Part shown: in pieces, positions 15,500 to 35,078 of the stretch | Position numbering within the stretch: position 1 is the stretch's first letter | Layout of the letters: every line of letters begins with the position of its first letter | Assembly: GCF_009914755.1 (NCBI RefSeq) | Contig: NC_060933.1 | From: the human T2T-CHM13v2.0 reference genome, Homo sapiens | Strand: one strand, 5' to 3' | DNA length: 64,000 nucleotides | The notes under the pieces: generated by a model | What the model saw: only the letters and a program-made list of their open reading frames with translations | Told to the model about the DNA's origin: nothing | Database searches by the model: none | Program-made: the position numbers and the translations under genes

Positions 15500-16046
15500 T
15501 AGTTTTACTGTTTTTCTGATATTCTCAGACAAATAAATGGTTGTACATCAGAATTATTGGAGGAGCTTTCAAACAATATGCCTATCCAAGTATCAATTAA
15601 AGATTCAGTTTCAGTTGGCCTGGGTTAGGGCCTAGGGTGTTTTTGTAAAAGTTCTCAGGGATTCTAGTGGCGGCCAGGTTGAGAGCTCTGCTCTTAGATC
15701 TTTATATGCAGAACTCTCCTGGCTGAGAATTATCAGAATAATTTCAAACTTTTCAGAGCTCTTATCCAGACTGCTGCCATATATTACTGCTTCTCATATT
15801 AGCACTGCTGATCATGCAGGGTATGTCCTGGTTTCTTTTGTGTTTGATGGCTAAATATCCACCTTCCCTTTTATCTTTTTCCTGCCTGGATTGTAAACAT
15901 CTCATTTCTCTTCTGTTCCACAGCATTCAGGACAATATTAAAGAGATCATGGAGGCTCAGTCAGTTCCCATCAACAGAGTCCGAAACGTTGTCCACTTCA
16001 TAACTTGCTGGGCATTCTGTCCTGTACACCTTTAAACAACCTTCCT

Positions 16047-16346
16047 GGCTGGGTGCGGTGGCTCACACCTGTAATCCCAACACTTTGGGAGGCCAAGGCA
16101 GGCGGATCACGAGGTCAGGAGTTCGAGACCAGTCTGGCCAACATAATGAAACCCCATATCTACTAAAAATACAAAAAATTAGCCAGATATGGTGGTGTGT
16201 GCTTGTAATCCCAGCTACTCAGGAGGCTGAGGCAGGAGAATCGCATGAACCCGGGAGGTGGAGGTTGCAGTGAGCCGAGATTGCCATTGGACTCCAGCCA
16301 GGCGACAGCGCGAGACTCCGTCTCAAAATAAAAACATAAACAAAAC
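16047..16346 (+). mobile_element. AluS
   Basis: Full dimer; flanked by ACCTTCCT / CCCTTCCT. Confidence 0.9.
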
Positions 16347-16909
16347 AGAAACCCTTCCTTTAGGCCCAGAGAGCCAACCTTTCCCTCAGAGACTGTTTTT
16401 AAACCAAGCCACTTTAGACTTTGCCAGTCCTTCTGTAGTCCCCTATTCAAAACTTTGTTTATACCTTTCAGGAATATTTTATCTAGTACTTTATTGATTT
16501 CATCCAGTTATGTGCCCCTTCTCTCCATTTTTTGACAGTTTCTACTTTATTCCACTCCTCCAACAACTCCTTAATTTCTGCTGTATCAGCAGAGCCTCTC
16601 CTAGGTAATTGGAAGAGTTGTCCTTCTCTCAACCCTATTCTTTCTCAAGTTTGCTATTCCCAGGTCTTCTGTTGCCTTCAAACACTACCAAGTAGTCTCA
16701 TTATCTATTCACAATAATGATGTGAAAGCTTTTGTTCCAGCATTTGTTGAATGTTCATTTTTTCTCTGGCCTTTCATCATCTGTGACAGTACTTTGTTTA
16801 GAAAATGGAGGGTAGGGTGGCACTTGTATAGCCCATTTTGTATGGTTCAACATTCATTTCATTGTGACTAATGATGACTGATAGCTGATGTCATAAGTAG
16901 TGTTTCTTG

Positions 16910-17101
16910 CAGCAAAGTTTCATAAATTTTAGCATGCATCACAATCACTTGGGGTACTTAACTCAAGTACGTATTGCTGGGACTTACCTTCAGGGATATC
17001 TAAGTCACCAAGTCTGGGGTGAAGCCTGAGAATTTGTATTTCTGTTAAGTTCCCAGATGATGCTAATGCTTTATCTGGGGACCACACTTGAGAACCACTG
17101 T
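16910..17101. mobile_element. MER5A (hAT-Charlie MITE)
   Basis: GTCTGGGGTGAAGCCTGAGAATTTGTATT...AAGTTCCCAGATGATGCT...CACACTTGAGAACCACTG. Confidence 0.75.
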
Positions 17102-18768
17102 CCTATGGGATCAAGAAATAAGCCAGGAACGAGTGTATATTTTTTCTAGTTAAATATTTAATGTTAAGATGTTTAGAATTTTTTTAGGGAGGTGCTTGTC
17201 AGATACTTTTCCTAATAGTGGGTACTCAGAGTATTTCATGTGAGACTACCAATGTCATATATTTTAAAAACTATTAGACTGGGACAGATGGGAAATTGCC
17301 TTCAGCATAAGAAAAGCCAATATTTTTCATAAGTCCCAAAAGCAGCTTTTGGGGTTGGTTGATTCAGTGGTTCAATGAAACCATCAGAGACTCTGGTTCC
17401 TACTCTTTATTCCACTGTGCCATGGACCATGTGCTGGTACATCTTCAGACTCACTCTGCATGGTGACAGAATGGCTGTAGAAGTGCCAGGCATCACATCC
17501 AGGTTACATACAGATGCACACTGTTTAATAGCCAAGCTTATGCAGTATCAGTAACTATTAGAGAAACTGAAATGGAGGATCCAGAACTTCTTATCAAATA
17601 TAATCCTTAAGATACAAACAAAGCAGTCATTGAATAGTTTCTTAGCCCATTTTCTGTGGCTTATGATAGAATTCCTAAAACTGAATGGCATATAAAGAAA
17701 TTTATTTCTTATAGCTATGGAGGCTGAGAAGTCCAAGATCAGGGGGACATGTGGTAAACGCCTTCTTGCTGATACCAGTAAAGCCTGCTGAGCTGGAGTG
17801 TCACTTGAATCATATTCGCCACTTTTGCTTTCTCTTCCTACATGGGTCCTGAGGTTTTGCTCTCATCATCATCTTGCCTTTCAGTAAGGTAACTAACTTG
17901 TTACCCTCTGCTATGTCAGAGAGATTGTTTGTTTCAGGATAAACATATAAACAGAGTTTCAGATAAATCTCTTATTTCCTGGCCACTGGGGCTCGAGTTA
18001 TATTGTTAGCACCAGCTCTGTAAAGTGCCTCAATGTGTTTTTTCAACCAAAGGCAAAATATTTGGCAAAGAATATGTTGGTTCTTTACCTCCAGGTTCTG
18101 GGCAAACTTTGAGTTTCCATTCTTTTGAGATAGATGGACTTTGTTGTCTTTCATAAACTTGTTAAATTTGCTATCTGCCCTTGAAGAGGCACTTGGTTCC
18201 TTCTAATTCTTTTCTGTAGATTCCTCTGATTCTCCATCAGCGTATGGAAATTTTCTCTTCTATCCCTTCCAGAGAATTATTCTTCTCTCTGCCATTCAAT
18301 TTGACTGTGTTACTGCCAGGAAGAGACAGATAAAAGGGCATCAGCAATGTCGACAACTTAGGAGTAGTTCATTCCTTTTTCCTATGGCTGAGCAAGTGGA
18401 TTTGACTGTACTTATTTTTGTGTATTTTAATATGTTCACCTGAGCAAAGTCAGTGATCTAGAAGCTTCATAAAATGAATAGTGCATAACAGAAATCACAC
18501 CTCAGTGTAAGTCTTACCTTCCTACAGGAGTCCCATAAAAACACTCTTAGGACATGCTTTCCCCCCACACATCTGATTGCTGAACACTTTGTTTCACTAG
18601 GCTTCAACAGGTCTCTTCAAAGCTGTCATTTTACTTCAGCTGGGATTACATTCCACCCTATTTCACTTAAATATACACCTTCCCTTTAATTTTCTCTCAT
18701 TCTTATCATTGGCAGTAATCAGTGTGGCAAGAGTTCACTTTCTTTTCACATGGAGATTTGATCTTTGA

Positions 18769-19077
<309 letters not shown>

Positions 19078-19152
19078 TGATCTTAGATGATTTACCAAAC
19101 AGTGCCACACCCTCTGCCTTCTGTGTGTGTCTCAGGCTGTAAGTAAAGTCTC

Positions 19153-19513
19153 CGTCTTAGTCCATTCAGGCTGCTGTAACAAAATGCTACAGACTGTGTA
19201 ATTTATAAGCAGCATAAATTTATTGCTCACAGTTCTGAAGTCTGGGAATTCCAAGATCAAGATGACAGCAGATTCAGTATCTGGTGAGGGCCTGTTCCTC
19301 AAGGATAGTGCCTTCTATGTCCTTACATGGCAGATGGGCAAAAGAGCTAACAAGCTTCCTCAAACCCTTTGTAAGGGCACTAATCCCATTTGTGAGGGTT
19401 CTACCCTGATGATTTAATCACCTCCCAGAGGACCCATCCTTAATGCCATCCCGTTGAAGGTTGGGTTTCAAAATGTAAATCTTGGGAGACACAAAACATT
19501 GAGAACCATAGCA
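19153..19513 (-). mobile_element. MLT1A-like MaLR solo LTR
   Basis: GTCTTAGTCCATTCAGGCTGCTGTAACAAAA...ACCATAGCA; perfect 5-bp TSD GTCTC. Confidence 0.82.
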
Positions 19514-19696
19514 GTCTCTCAGACCTCGTTGTACTCAGCTTCATTTTAGGATAACTCCACATTTGAGTTAAGAAACCAAGAGTTTGTATTCCCAACTCTA
19601 TGCTTCATGAGGTTAAAGACTCTTGGCTTCTCATTCTCACTGCTCAGGCAGGGGTAGTCCATCTGAATGGAAACTCCTTTTTGGGGGGCACACATC

Positions 19697-20456
<760 letters not shown>

Positions 20457-21264
20457 ACCACTTTTAAATGTCTGTGTTGCAGTGAAATTTTAAAAGAGAG
20501 TGCTAAATTTTGATGTCAGTTTTTAAATAGATGCTGCCAAGAGCCATGTTGATAGCCCAAACCAATTTTCCATTTATACCAGTGATATACTTCAAGCCTG
20601 AAAAATGTAGTCCAGTGTGGGAAGAAGCCCTGTGATGGTGAGAAATGCAGTAAGAAACTGGGTTCTCCCATGGAACTGATAATTAATGCAATCAGATATG
20701 AACAGTATGTTTAAGGATAGTCTGGACATGAATGTGTATAATCTGTCTTTATCAGATAAACAAATAAAAGTCTTTTACCTAATCGTCGTTTCCTGAGTTA
20801 GAAGAATCCTCCTTATCAGATACCTGCTTTGGTCATTGGAAGGAAAGTAGAACATCCATCTTGGTGGTGATCCTTGTTTCTTAGTACTCTGTATATCCTT
20901 TCCAAGAGACAGGTTTCTTTTATGAAATGGCTAAGATCATCTCCACCACCATGAACAACATGCAAATGGAGCTGCTGCACAAAGTTTAGGGAGTTCTAAG
21001 CGTTGGGATTCCAAGGCATATTACCCTGTACTGAAGAAACTCGGAACAGAGGCATCCTCAAATCCTAACTGCAAGGAAGCGTAGCCTGTGTCCTTTGTTG
21101 ATGGAGGAATGATTCAGTGAGAAAGAACACAGTGATTTTTTTCTCTACCTATCTTACATCTTACTCTCTTGCCATTTCTTCTAACACCTTTTCATCCTGT
21201 CTTAACCTTCAGCTACCAGCTTACCCTGATCGTAATGACAAGGAAATTCATACATTTTGGTTTT

Positions 21265-21510
21265 TTAAGGACTACTTTATTAAGGTATAATTCACAAACC
21301 ATGCAGTCCACCCTTTAAAGTATACGATGCAATGGTTTTTAGTAAATTAACATAATCGTGTAACCATTGCCATAAACAACATTAGAACATTTTCATCACC
21401 CCAAAAAAGAAAACCCATACCCATTGGCAATCAAAAGCCGATTTCCTCCCCAACCACCACACACCCCCCAGCACTAGGCAATCATTATTCTACTTTCTGT
21501 GTCCATGGGT
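21265..21510 (-). mobile_element. Old L1M 3' end fragment
   Basis: CTTTATTAAGGTATAATTCACAAACCAT...AGAACATTTTCATCACCCCAAAA. Confidence 0.65.
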
Positions 21511-22989
21511 ATATTAAATACTGTGTTGTAACTGGAGATAGGATGCCCATAGTCAGAAAGCTTGAGCTCACATGAACTGTTGGCTTGGATTTCTGTGCGG
21601 ATTAAACCAGCTTACTTCTGACACGGCAGATGCTGGGCTTTTTAACCTCTTTCCTCATTGTGCTTCCTGACTTGTTACCTCTGTATCATAAAAGCATGAA
21701 AGGTCGTAGAATAAATGAGTCTGCAGAAAACTGCGTGGTTAAGTTACCCCATTTGTGTTTTACAAAGATAGCGGAAGGGAATAACCTTTGAGGGTCACAT
21801 ACAAAAAGCCATTTCCTCATCCTCCCTAACCTTAAAAAGTCGACATTATTTTTACAGCAGCTTCTCTAAATTGACTTACACTTGAACAAACTAAAAACTA
21901 CAAGAAGAGTAGAGCTTAGCTGGCAGGCCTGGTTTTGAACAAGTGTTTGATTTTGCTAATCTTGGTAGTGCATAAGGTCACTTTTGTAAATTTCCTGTAG
22001 AAAAATTCTTGGTTCTTGGACACACTCAGCTACTAGAACAGAGAGATGGTTTATATTTTTTCTATGAATTACCAGCTGATAAAATTCCCCTCCTTTGAGT
22101 GGGAGAAAAATTCAAGCCAGACAAGAACTTTTGTGGCAGGTAACTCTTACTTGAAATTTATTTGGATTTCTAGAGGCAAATTAATTTCTCTCTCTGTCTT
22201 TCACAATAAATAGGTGCCTGTCACCTTTTTTTTTTCTCTATCTAGTGAGCTGCTTCTATAGATGGAAGAAAGTTAGTCCTTCCTTTTGGTATTTTGAGAG
22301 TTTTATTTTTAGGCCTCTCCTTGGCTGTCTTTTCTCCTTGTAAAGCCAGTGTCGAAGTAATGGCAATGGTAAGTATGCTTAGCGTTCTAAATTTTTTTAA
22401 TGCATGTTTATTACTAAGTAATTTATCTCCTTTTCTTCTACTTTATAGCTCCATATTAAATATGGTGGCACCTTTTAATAAAAAAGAGGAAAGCCTATTT
22501 GGAAACATATAAAAATAGCACAGGATAGGTCATTTTTCAGATTCTGGTCAGATCACCATTTGGAAAGATCTTATTCTTTAAAGCAAAAGTTTTGAACCAA
22601 GGATCTGTTGAAGATGGGGAGTGACTCTCATTCATCTCCATCTTCCTTTGAAATTTCATACAGATTTTTTGGTGTGTGTTTGTGTGTGTCTGTATTTTCT
22701 AATGAGAAGATCCATAACTTTCATAAGCATCAAAGCCACTGCCTTTAAATATCTTTTTGATTACTTTTACTGTAGTTATTGTTTTAAGATCTGCTTTTTG
22801 CCATTTAAAAACATCTTTCAAATACTAGTTAACTCTTAAATGTTTTTTTGCAGAATAAGATCCTTTTTGCAGTACTTTTTGTTGTTGTTTAATACCTACC
22901 CAAAATTTTGGTCCAAGCTCTAGGGGCCTCCTCCCGAAGAATTTGGTTTAAAAGCAAAAGATTTTTAACATAAATAAACCAGAATTTGC

Positions 22990-23463
<474 letters not shown>

Positions 23464-23813
23464 TTGATTTGTTTTTGCATGTGAGAAAATGTATGTCCTA
23501 GTGTAGTGTGGTGTGTCATTAGAAGCATGATTTGTTCTTTCCAATGCAGTGATTACATTGGTTCTTCTACATTCAGTAGAATGCTAATAATGTGGTAATG
23601 CTAGTCGCCAGTCTTCTTAATCTCTATAACAGAGGAAGCAGAAGTAGAGCAGATCCTATCCTAGCCTTGTAGGTCTAGAGACCGAACTATAGTGTCTTCT
23701 GGGAAAGCACTTAAACAAAACACAGGTTTATAAATTGTTATGGTCACTAATGTTTCAGTCAAGATGGTGACTACCTATGATTTGTGTGTATGTGCTACCC
23801 TTTTGAGAAGCAT

Positions 23814-24223
23814 TAATTAGTCCGTTCTCTCACTGCTATAAAGAAATACTGGAGACTGGGCAATTTATAAAGAAAAGGGGTTTAATTGGCTCAGGGTTCC
23901 GCAGGCCAGGAAGCATGGTGGCTTCTGGGGAGGCCTCAGGAAACTTAGAATCATGGCAGAAGGCAAAGGGGAAGCAGGCACGTTTTACGTGGCCAGAGCA
24001 GGAGGAAGAGAGAGGAGAGAGGTGCTACACGCTTTTAAATAACCAGATCTCACAGTAATTCACTGACTCACTGTCACCAGAACAGCACCCAGGGGATGGT
24101 GCTGGCCCATTCATGAGAACTCTGCCCCCATGATCCAATCACCTCCCACTAGGCCCCACCTTCAACACTCGGGATTACTGTTCAACATGAGACTTGATGG
24201 GGACACAGATCTAAACCATATCA
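23814..24223 (-). mobile_element. MSTA-like MaLR solo LTR
   Basis: ATTAGTCCGTTCTCTCACTGCTATAAAGAAATAC...GGGACACAGATCTAAACCATATCA; perfect 5-bp TSD AGCAT. Confidence 0.88.
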
Positions 24224-24299
24224 AGCATTAATATTACTATTAACCTGTGTGAAAAGGAACTGAATTCTGCTGTGACATTTTTTGTTTAAGAATTAGGCC

Positions 24300-25805
<1,506 letters not shown>

Positions 25806-26154
25806 TTTAAGAAAATTTAAAATAAGTAAATAAATTGTAGTAAAAATGTAGGTTATGTTTCTTCGTCTGAAAATAAGCTATTCTGAAAAGCTAAGCTTTC
25901 CCAATGGTACATGAGTTCTCTCTCTAATTATATCTTCTGTATTCCTCTCTCACTTGAATAATTTTCTTTTGAAAACTTTCTGAAGTTATATGCTTTCAGA
26001 CTTTGTAAAATAATATGTTGAACATGATTAATCATCTCTCAGTTAGGTTCATTATTTTCAATCATATTATTGTATTGTGCTGTGATAACAATGTCCCTAG
26101 AAACTGGACAGTTTATAGAGCAGTTCGCCTGATCATTTTTGTTTTTTAAGTATC

Positions 26155-26455
<301 letters not shown>

Positions 26456-27318
26456 CCCCTTAAACATCATTGTAAAAATCACTTCCCTTGCTATAGGAAT
26501 TTGGCTTTGAGTTACTAGGCCTTCCAGAAGCCATCCCCATGACTTTGTTATCTGGCCTAAGCCATAGGTGGGGAGTGGGGAGGGAGACATCCAAAGTTAA
26601 TTAGAACCAAGTATAAATTTGCCATGGATTTAAGCCTTCTGTATAAGATAAATTCATCCATAGTATTTTTGGATTACTTTATTTACTTGATTATTTATTT
26701 ACTTATTTGATTATTTCTGTTCTCATTAATTTTCTAATTATGACTAGACAACTAAGTTCTGGGTAAGATATGTCATTATTACGTAATGATGTCTTATAAA
26801 TGACTATACTGTGTTGTAGTTTTATTATATTTATGACATATGAGAAATAAATAATAGGAACTTTAAGAAGACTCTATCACTTCATATCTCTTTGGTCTCT
26901 TTCTCTGTCTTTAACATTGGTCAGGTTCCAAACTAGTGAAAACTACAGAAACAAGTGCAGTTTTCTAGTATAGTCTTTCATCTTACGAAAATATATTTAA
27001 TCCCCACTCTTTTTTAAGTTTCACTTTGCCTTAAGGGGAGTGGTCTTAAGAAAACTCTTAGTATAGTTGTGAGTATCCATAGTGTCAAATGAGGGGAAAC
27101 ATTGTAACAATGTTAGGAGCCAAAGTTCTCACCACAATCTCATCAGATGTCCTGAGCTATTTTTTACTTGTTAACTCAGAACAACAAATACTAAAGAAAG
27201 TGCCAAACAACCTCAATTCTTCTGGCTCACACTTATATATAGCAGAGATACGAAATAGCCCGCAATCCCAGATCTTCCATGGGTAATTTTGGGAAAGTGT
27301 TTTTCATAGAGATGTTGA

Positions 27319-27750
<432 letters not shown>

Positions 27751-28714
27751 AGTTCTTTTCCTTTAACTTGTATTAACTGCATAGTAGTTAGTTTCTCTTT
27801 CTTCTTTCTTTAATAGGATCATCTCAACATATTTAAAAACTATGCCGTATATGTATAAGATTTGCCACCTCTGGGTCATTAAATGGCATCACAGACATAG
27901 AAATGTACCAATTCCTTTTTTATGAAATTTATCCATTCATGCAAAAGAAGTATGATAATTAAAAATAATTTTGAACATTGGGTATCCTAGGCTCTGAGCG
28001 CGAGGCTCTCAGAAAATTAAAATGACATCATCATCGTACTTGCAAAGCTTAAAGCCCAGTGGGGAAGAGCAACATGATAGTAACAAAGGTAGAGTGTAAT
28101 AAGTGCGGTTGCAGAATCGCAGGCCAAGGGGAGCTCACGTCTTTGAGCTTCAATTTCTTTATCTGTTGCGGGGGAGAGTAACTCATGAAGCTGTTTTGAA
28201 GCTTATCTAAGACAATGCATGTGAAAACACTGTAAAATTATAAAGCTGCGGACATGTCAGTTGTCATGTTTGGTTTAAAATAGAAGCTGGGAGACTCTTT
28301 ATTCTGAAACCATGTAGATAATCCAGGGATGAGACTCTAGTTAAAGTGAGGAAAACAATGTACTTGCATGTCAATTGCAGTTCCTGGGAGAATGTTTGTA
28401 TTATTAGGATACTCTCATTCCAGAAATCATTTTGTTGGCATTTATACTAAGTGGCGATGACACTGAGAACAGCACAGCTTCATCTGACATCTGACGTTAT
28501 TGTCAGCCTTTCTTAGTACCCATGGTATGTTTTTACTGTATCTCGTGAATAAGATAATATATTAAGTCTCCTGGCATATAAGGATATATGTAAGATACGT
28601 GTTGTATAGTTGGTTTCTAGAGTGTCTTCATAGCAGTCTTCCAGTATTTCTATTTATTGCTATTCCCTCTCCACCTCTGTTTCTTTCCCATTAGTTCTTT
28701 ACAGGTAGGGAGAT

Positions 28715-28812
28715 TATATGTCCCAGTTTGCCTGTCCTGGTTTATGTCTCTTGTCCCTACATCCCATCTACTTAACATTTTAACACCCTCGAAAGCGTCC
28801 CAATTTGGACCT
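28715..28812. mobile_element. hAT-Blackjack-type MITE fragment (MER81/MER94-like)
   Basis: ATGTCCCAGTTTGCCTG...GTCCCAATTTGGAC...ATCTGGTCACCCT terminal motif. Confidence 0.5.
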
Positions 28813-29861
28813 CACCTTATCTGGTCACCCTGGCTCAAAGCATAGAAGAAAATTAAATGAAGAGCCAGCAAATTAGTGAAATTGTACAGATGTGTGATAA
28901 CTGACTTCAGTCACTGAGCTGAGCTGATTTACAGAGTGTGGATTTGGTCCAGTAATATCCTGGAATGCAGCTTACAGATGTAAGTAAGTAGTGCCTGATT
29001 ATAGCTACACACTATAGCAGGTTTCCTAATGAGCTGTTAAAACGAAAGCATGTGTTTGTTCACTGTGGCACAGAACAGTAGCTTTGACACTTCAGTAGTT
29101 TTCACCATAGCATGGCTTGTTGGGGCTTGAAGACTGGCATTCCTTCTTAAAGGCCCATCAAGGTTTTCATTCACTGTGAGCTATGTGTTAAGCTGGTATT
29201 GATCTCGTTTTTGACCATCATTCACCCATGGCAGCCAACCAGGGAGGTGTAAAATGCTTTTGTCCCCCTGCCCACATATGCACCTCCTTTGGTGTGACCC
29301 ATGGGATGACAGTTACGATGCAGCTTGAAAGGATGGCTCTACATTGCAGCTTCTCTGCGTCATCCCCGTTGCCCTTTTAGAATGAGAAAAGAGGATTGAA
29401 AGGTTCAAAAGCCTAGAGAGAAAATTCTGCAGTCCTGTGTTTTTCTGAGCAGAGGGAAAGGTGCTACTTCGTAAGACTGCTTGCAATCCCCAATATAATA
29501 GAATAAAACTGTCCCTACTGCCAGCATTAATATGAAATTTGTATAAAGGTGGAGGGATTACTTTACTGTTTTATTAATATGCAATCCCAATATTTTCATT
29601 GCAGGGCAGCTTGCAAATTCATTGCAAATTATGCTGAGTTAAAATCAAATACATAAATCTACCTTTCTCTGTTGGCAGCTGTATTGGAGTTTGGGATTGG
29701 CCTCTGTGCTTATTAGAGCCAAAGAATGTATATTATTTAATTCTTGCAAAGTGAAAGTAAAAGATCAGGAAATAAAGACAAATCAGGGGAATGGAACATT
29801 TTTAGTGCGATTCCTCTTTTACTCTCCAGCAAGGGAAAGTGGCTTAAAGATCTCTGTTAAA

Positions 29862-30006
29862 ACAGTGCTTCTCACACTTTAATGTGAGACTCTTGTTATG
29901 TAGATTCTTACTCCTGGGTCTAGGATGGGGGCCTAAGATTCTGCATTTCTAACTAGCTGTAGAGCATGCTGGTGCTGCTGGACCACAGGCCATGACTTGA
30001 GTAGCA
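29862..30006. mobile_element. MER5A
   Basis: CAGTGCTTCTCACACTTTAATGTG...AAGATTCTGCATTTCTAAC...TTGAGTAGCA. Confidence 0.7.
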
Positions 30007-31687
30007 GGTTGTCAGGAAGTGTGTGCTTCAGTGGGCTGTGACTCTGCATATCCCTGTTGTGAAATATGCAGATGAGAGTGGCACACACCAGACCCTCAAC
30101 TGGCAGGAGGAGCTGTGTTTTAGCTAGAGGTTAGGGTGAGAGGGACCACCCAGACTTGTAAAGCTTAAGTATTGTCCCCGGTCTCTTTACCAGTCTTAAG
30201 GTATCCCTAACAGAGGCCCAATGTTCCTGCTAATGAAATGAATAAAGAAATGTTACAGTCCATGGATTTGTAATTCCAGTAACGGCTTATTTTACATCTA
30301 TTAAAGGCTACAAGGAAAGAAGTGGAGGGAAGGGCTGGAAGACTAAGAAAATAGGAAATGAGAAGAAATGCACAAAGGAGAGTTGCATTTCCTCCTGCTT
30401 CTGTCAAAGGAAAAAAAGATGTTATGTGCCTTCTCTTTCCACCTCTAAATAAAGCAACAGGGCCACCACTAACTAGTTTGTGTGACTATATTCTGGCTAT
30501 TTAACCTCTGCTATTTCACAAAAAGTCCTCATCTGTGAAAGGAGGAATTTGGAATCGGGACAGTTTTCGGAACCCCTTCAATTGTTAAAGCATAGCGACT
30601 AAGAATTTTATGGTCATACAACACTAAAAATGATACATATGTCCTTAGGAATGGGGTTTTATTTCTGTAAGAGCACCTCCAAAACAAGTGGTGTGTTAAT
30701 ACATGTGCATTTTATATTTTTCTTTATATTCTTTGTTCTCTTCCTTTTAAGAAAATCTATTTTGTTTCATTGCTTCAAAATACCTGAAAAATTTTCTGTC
30801 TTTTTATATAATCCAGAGTTGGCTGTGTTAATTTCTGCTTCCATCATACTAATTTAGGAAACGTGGCCTAACAGTGGCAGGAATAGCTAGAACTTTCTTC
30901 TGTGACTTATTGGCATTTTCCCTAAGCATCTGCATGTGTTGGGTGTATGTGTAAGTACCATGCATTGGATACATCCTCTGTTGAAAGGATAAAGGAATGC
31001 TTGTTCGTTCCACAAGTTACCTTGGCTCCAACTCTGTTCCATACTCAGCCTGTTCTCTCAACACAATGATGTCTTCAGTCTTAGGACAGAAGTCTGGAGT
31101 TCATTCACATCTCTATTTTGATTAATTGTTTTACACATCATGCTCCATATAATGTAGTGGATAATGAAATGCTCTAAGTGAGTTAGGGATTTTCAGTTCT
31201 TAGACTTGTGGATGAGAGAATTTCAAAAATTATCTACAAATTTACCATCATAGATAATGTTTGTATGATATACAGAGGTTGAGTTTTATAAAATATAAAT
31301 TGCTCTGAGCCAGAAATGAAAAATAAATGTAGAATCCCATGATAAAAAACTAAAGTTGCTATATTAAAATTAATAGTATACTGGGATTTTTGAAACATTG
31401 TTTTGAGGATGTGTTTACTATGTTCAAAGCAATAAATTTAGGAATGGAATCTAGTTTCATTAGCCCTGCTATAACATTTTGGTGAGAATATAAATTAATA
31501 CCTGCTTTTTGAAGGACAACCTGACATGATCCATTAGAATGTGTAGGCCCTATTTTCTTCATCTCACAGATTCATTTCTTGTAATTTACCCATTTATAAT
31601 TAATTATTGCAAATATTTTTTTGGAATTATTGGACAGGTACAGAAAGCTATATGTAAAAGTACATTCATCAAGGTGTTTGCAGTGTG

Positions 31688-32035
<348 letters not shown>

Positions 32036-33609
32036 TCAAATGAGACAAATATGAAAGGGGAATACTATGCAGCCATAAAAGAGAGATGTGGTTGTTGTCT
32101 TAGGAAGATGACTATAATATGAAGTTAAAAGTTACAAAGGAACATTTGGGAAGAATGTATAGGTACATACATGCTTATAAAAGCACAAGAAAGAACTGGG
32201 AAGCAATACACCAAAGCGTTGATAGTAGTAGAATTATGGCTGATTTTTTACTTTCTCTGTCATGCATTTCTTTATTGTTGAATATTTAGTACTAGTACAT
32301 GGAGAGGGAATAGAAAACTTAATTTGGAAGGGATGGGGAAAAAGTAGCCACCCTGGGAGCTGAGTTAGAGGAGAACACAGAGCCCAGGTGTTTCAGCATC
32401 TGTTCCGGCGTTGGCGGTGGGAATTCTCTGAATAGTCCTCACTGTGCCAGAGAAGCTTTCTGCGCACAGCTGGGTCCTGTGAGGCAAGACCTGTGTCCTG
32501 CTGACTCATACACAGCATCCCATATGGCCTTAACTTTATTTAGCAACGTCAGCTCAAGGAAGCCTTGTGTTCCCTTTGGGCCCAGGATTTAGAAGAGCAT
32601 AATCATAGAATGTCTGTCAGGCCTGGAAGTGTCATTAGGGCTGTCCTAGTCTGGACATGAAGAGTCTGAGGCCCAGAGCATTTAAGTAACGTTCCCAGAG
32701 TCCCAGAGGTGATTCGAGGCCAACTGGAAATGAAAATGCGGTTCCCAGGCTCTTGGTCTCTTTAGTGCTACTACTTTGCTTGTCTCCAAGCTCTGCTCTG
32801 GTGGATGAGTCTCCAGTTCTCACAAGCAGTTTTTAAGGCCAGAGCAAAAGGTTTCCAGGTAAGAGAATTTTTTTTGTCATATAAGAGAAGATTAAATTAA
32901 TAGGACTTTTGTTCAGATCTGCATTCAGTGAGATACATGGAAATTTCAGAGGTTGTTGACTTTCCTTGGGTCTGGCCTCTTTTGGATATTTAATAAAGGC
33001 TGCAAAACCTTTCCCTTGAACGATGCAGGTTTGCTGAAAACCACAAAACTTTGCATTTGGTTTCGGAGGTTTCAAGAGCCCTGTAAAGCCTGTCCCTGGG
33101 TTCTAAATGTCCTTTGTCTTGTGCTCCCCTGTTTTCAAGCAGTTCTTTTGCATTTGGAGGTAACAGAACTGTGATCTGGTTTGGTTTTCATACCTTTGTT
33201 GCAGATATGTTTTCTTCAAATAAAAAAGAAGGAGAGGATAGCAAATAGGAAGATGAACAAGCCTCATCACATTGGATACTTAGTGTTGTCTTTGTGTTTA
33301 CAGTTGCTGTTAGATTGTCATTCCAATAAAAGTAAAATTATGTAATACTTTTTAAAGCTCCCATCACACTAGCACAACTGCTTTCATTTTTTGCAGAGCG
33401 TGCCATCCTGTTCCTTTCCACATGGATACTTCCTGGTTACAGCCAAAGACTGTTCATTATGCCCTTTCATGCTTCCACATGAAAGACACAAACTGAGGCT
33501 GAAATTGAGTGGCTTCTTACCAGAAATTAGGTATTTGAATAAGAGCAGATCGTTTTTACTTAAAAGATGTAAGTTTTGAAAATGACCACATGCAGCAGTT
33601 AACACACTG

Positions 33610-35078
<1,469 letters not shown>

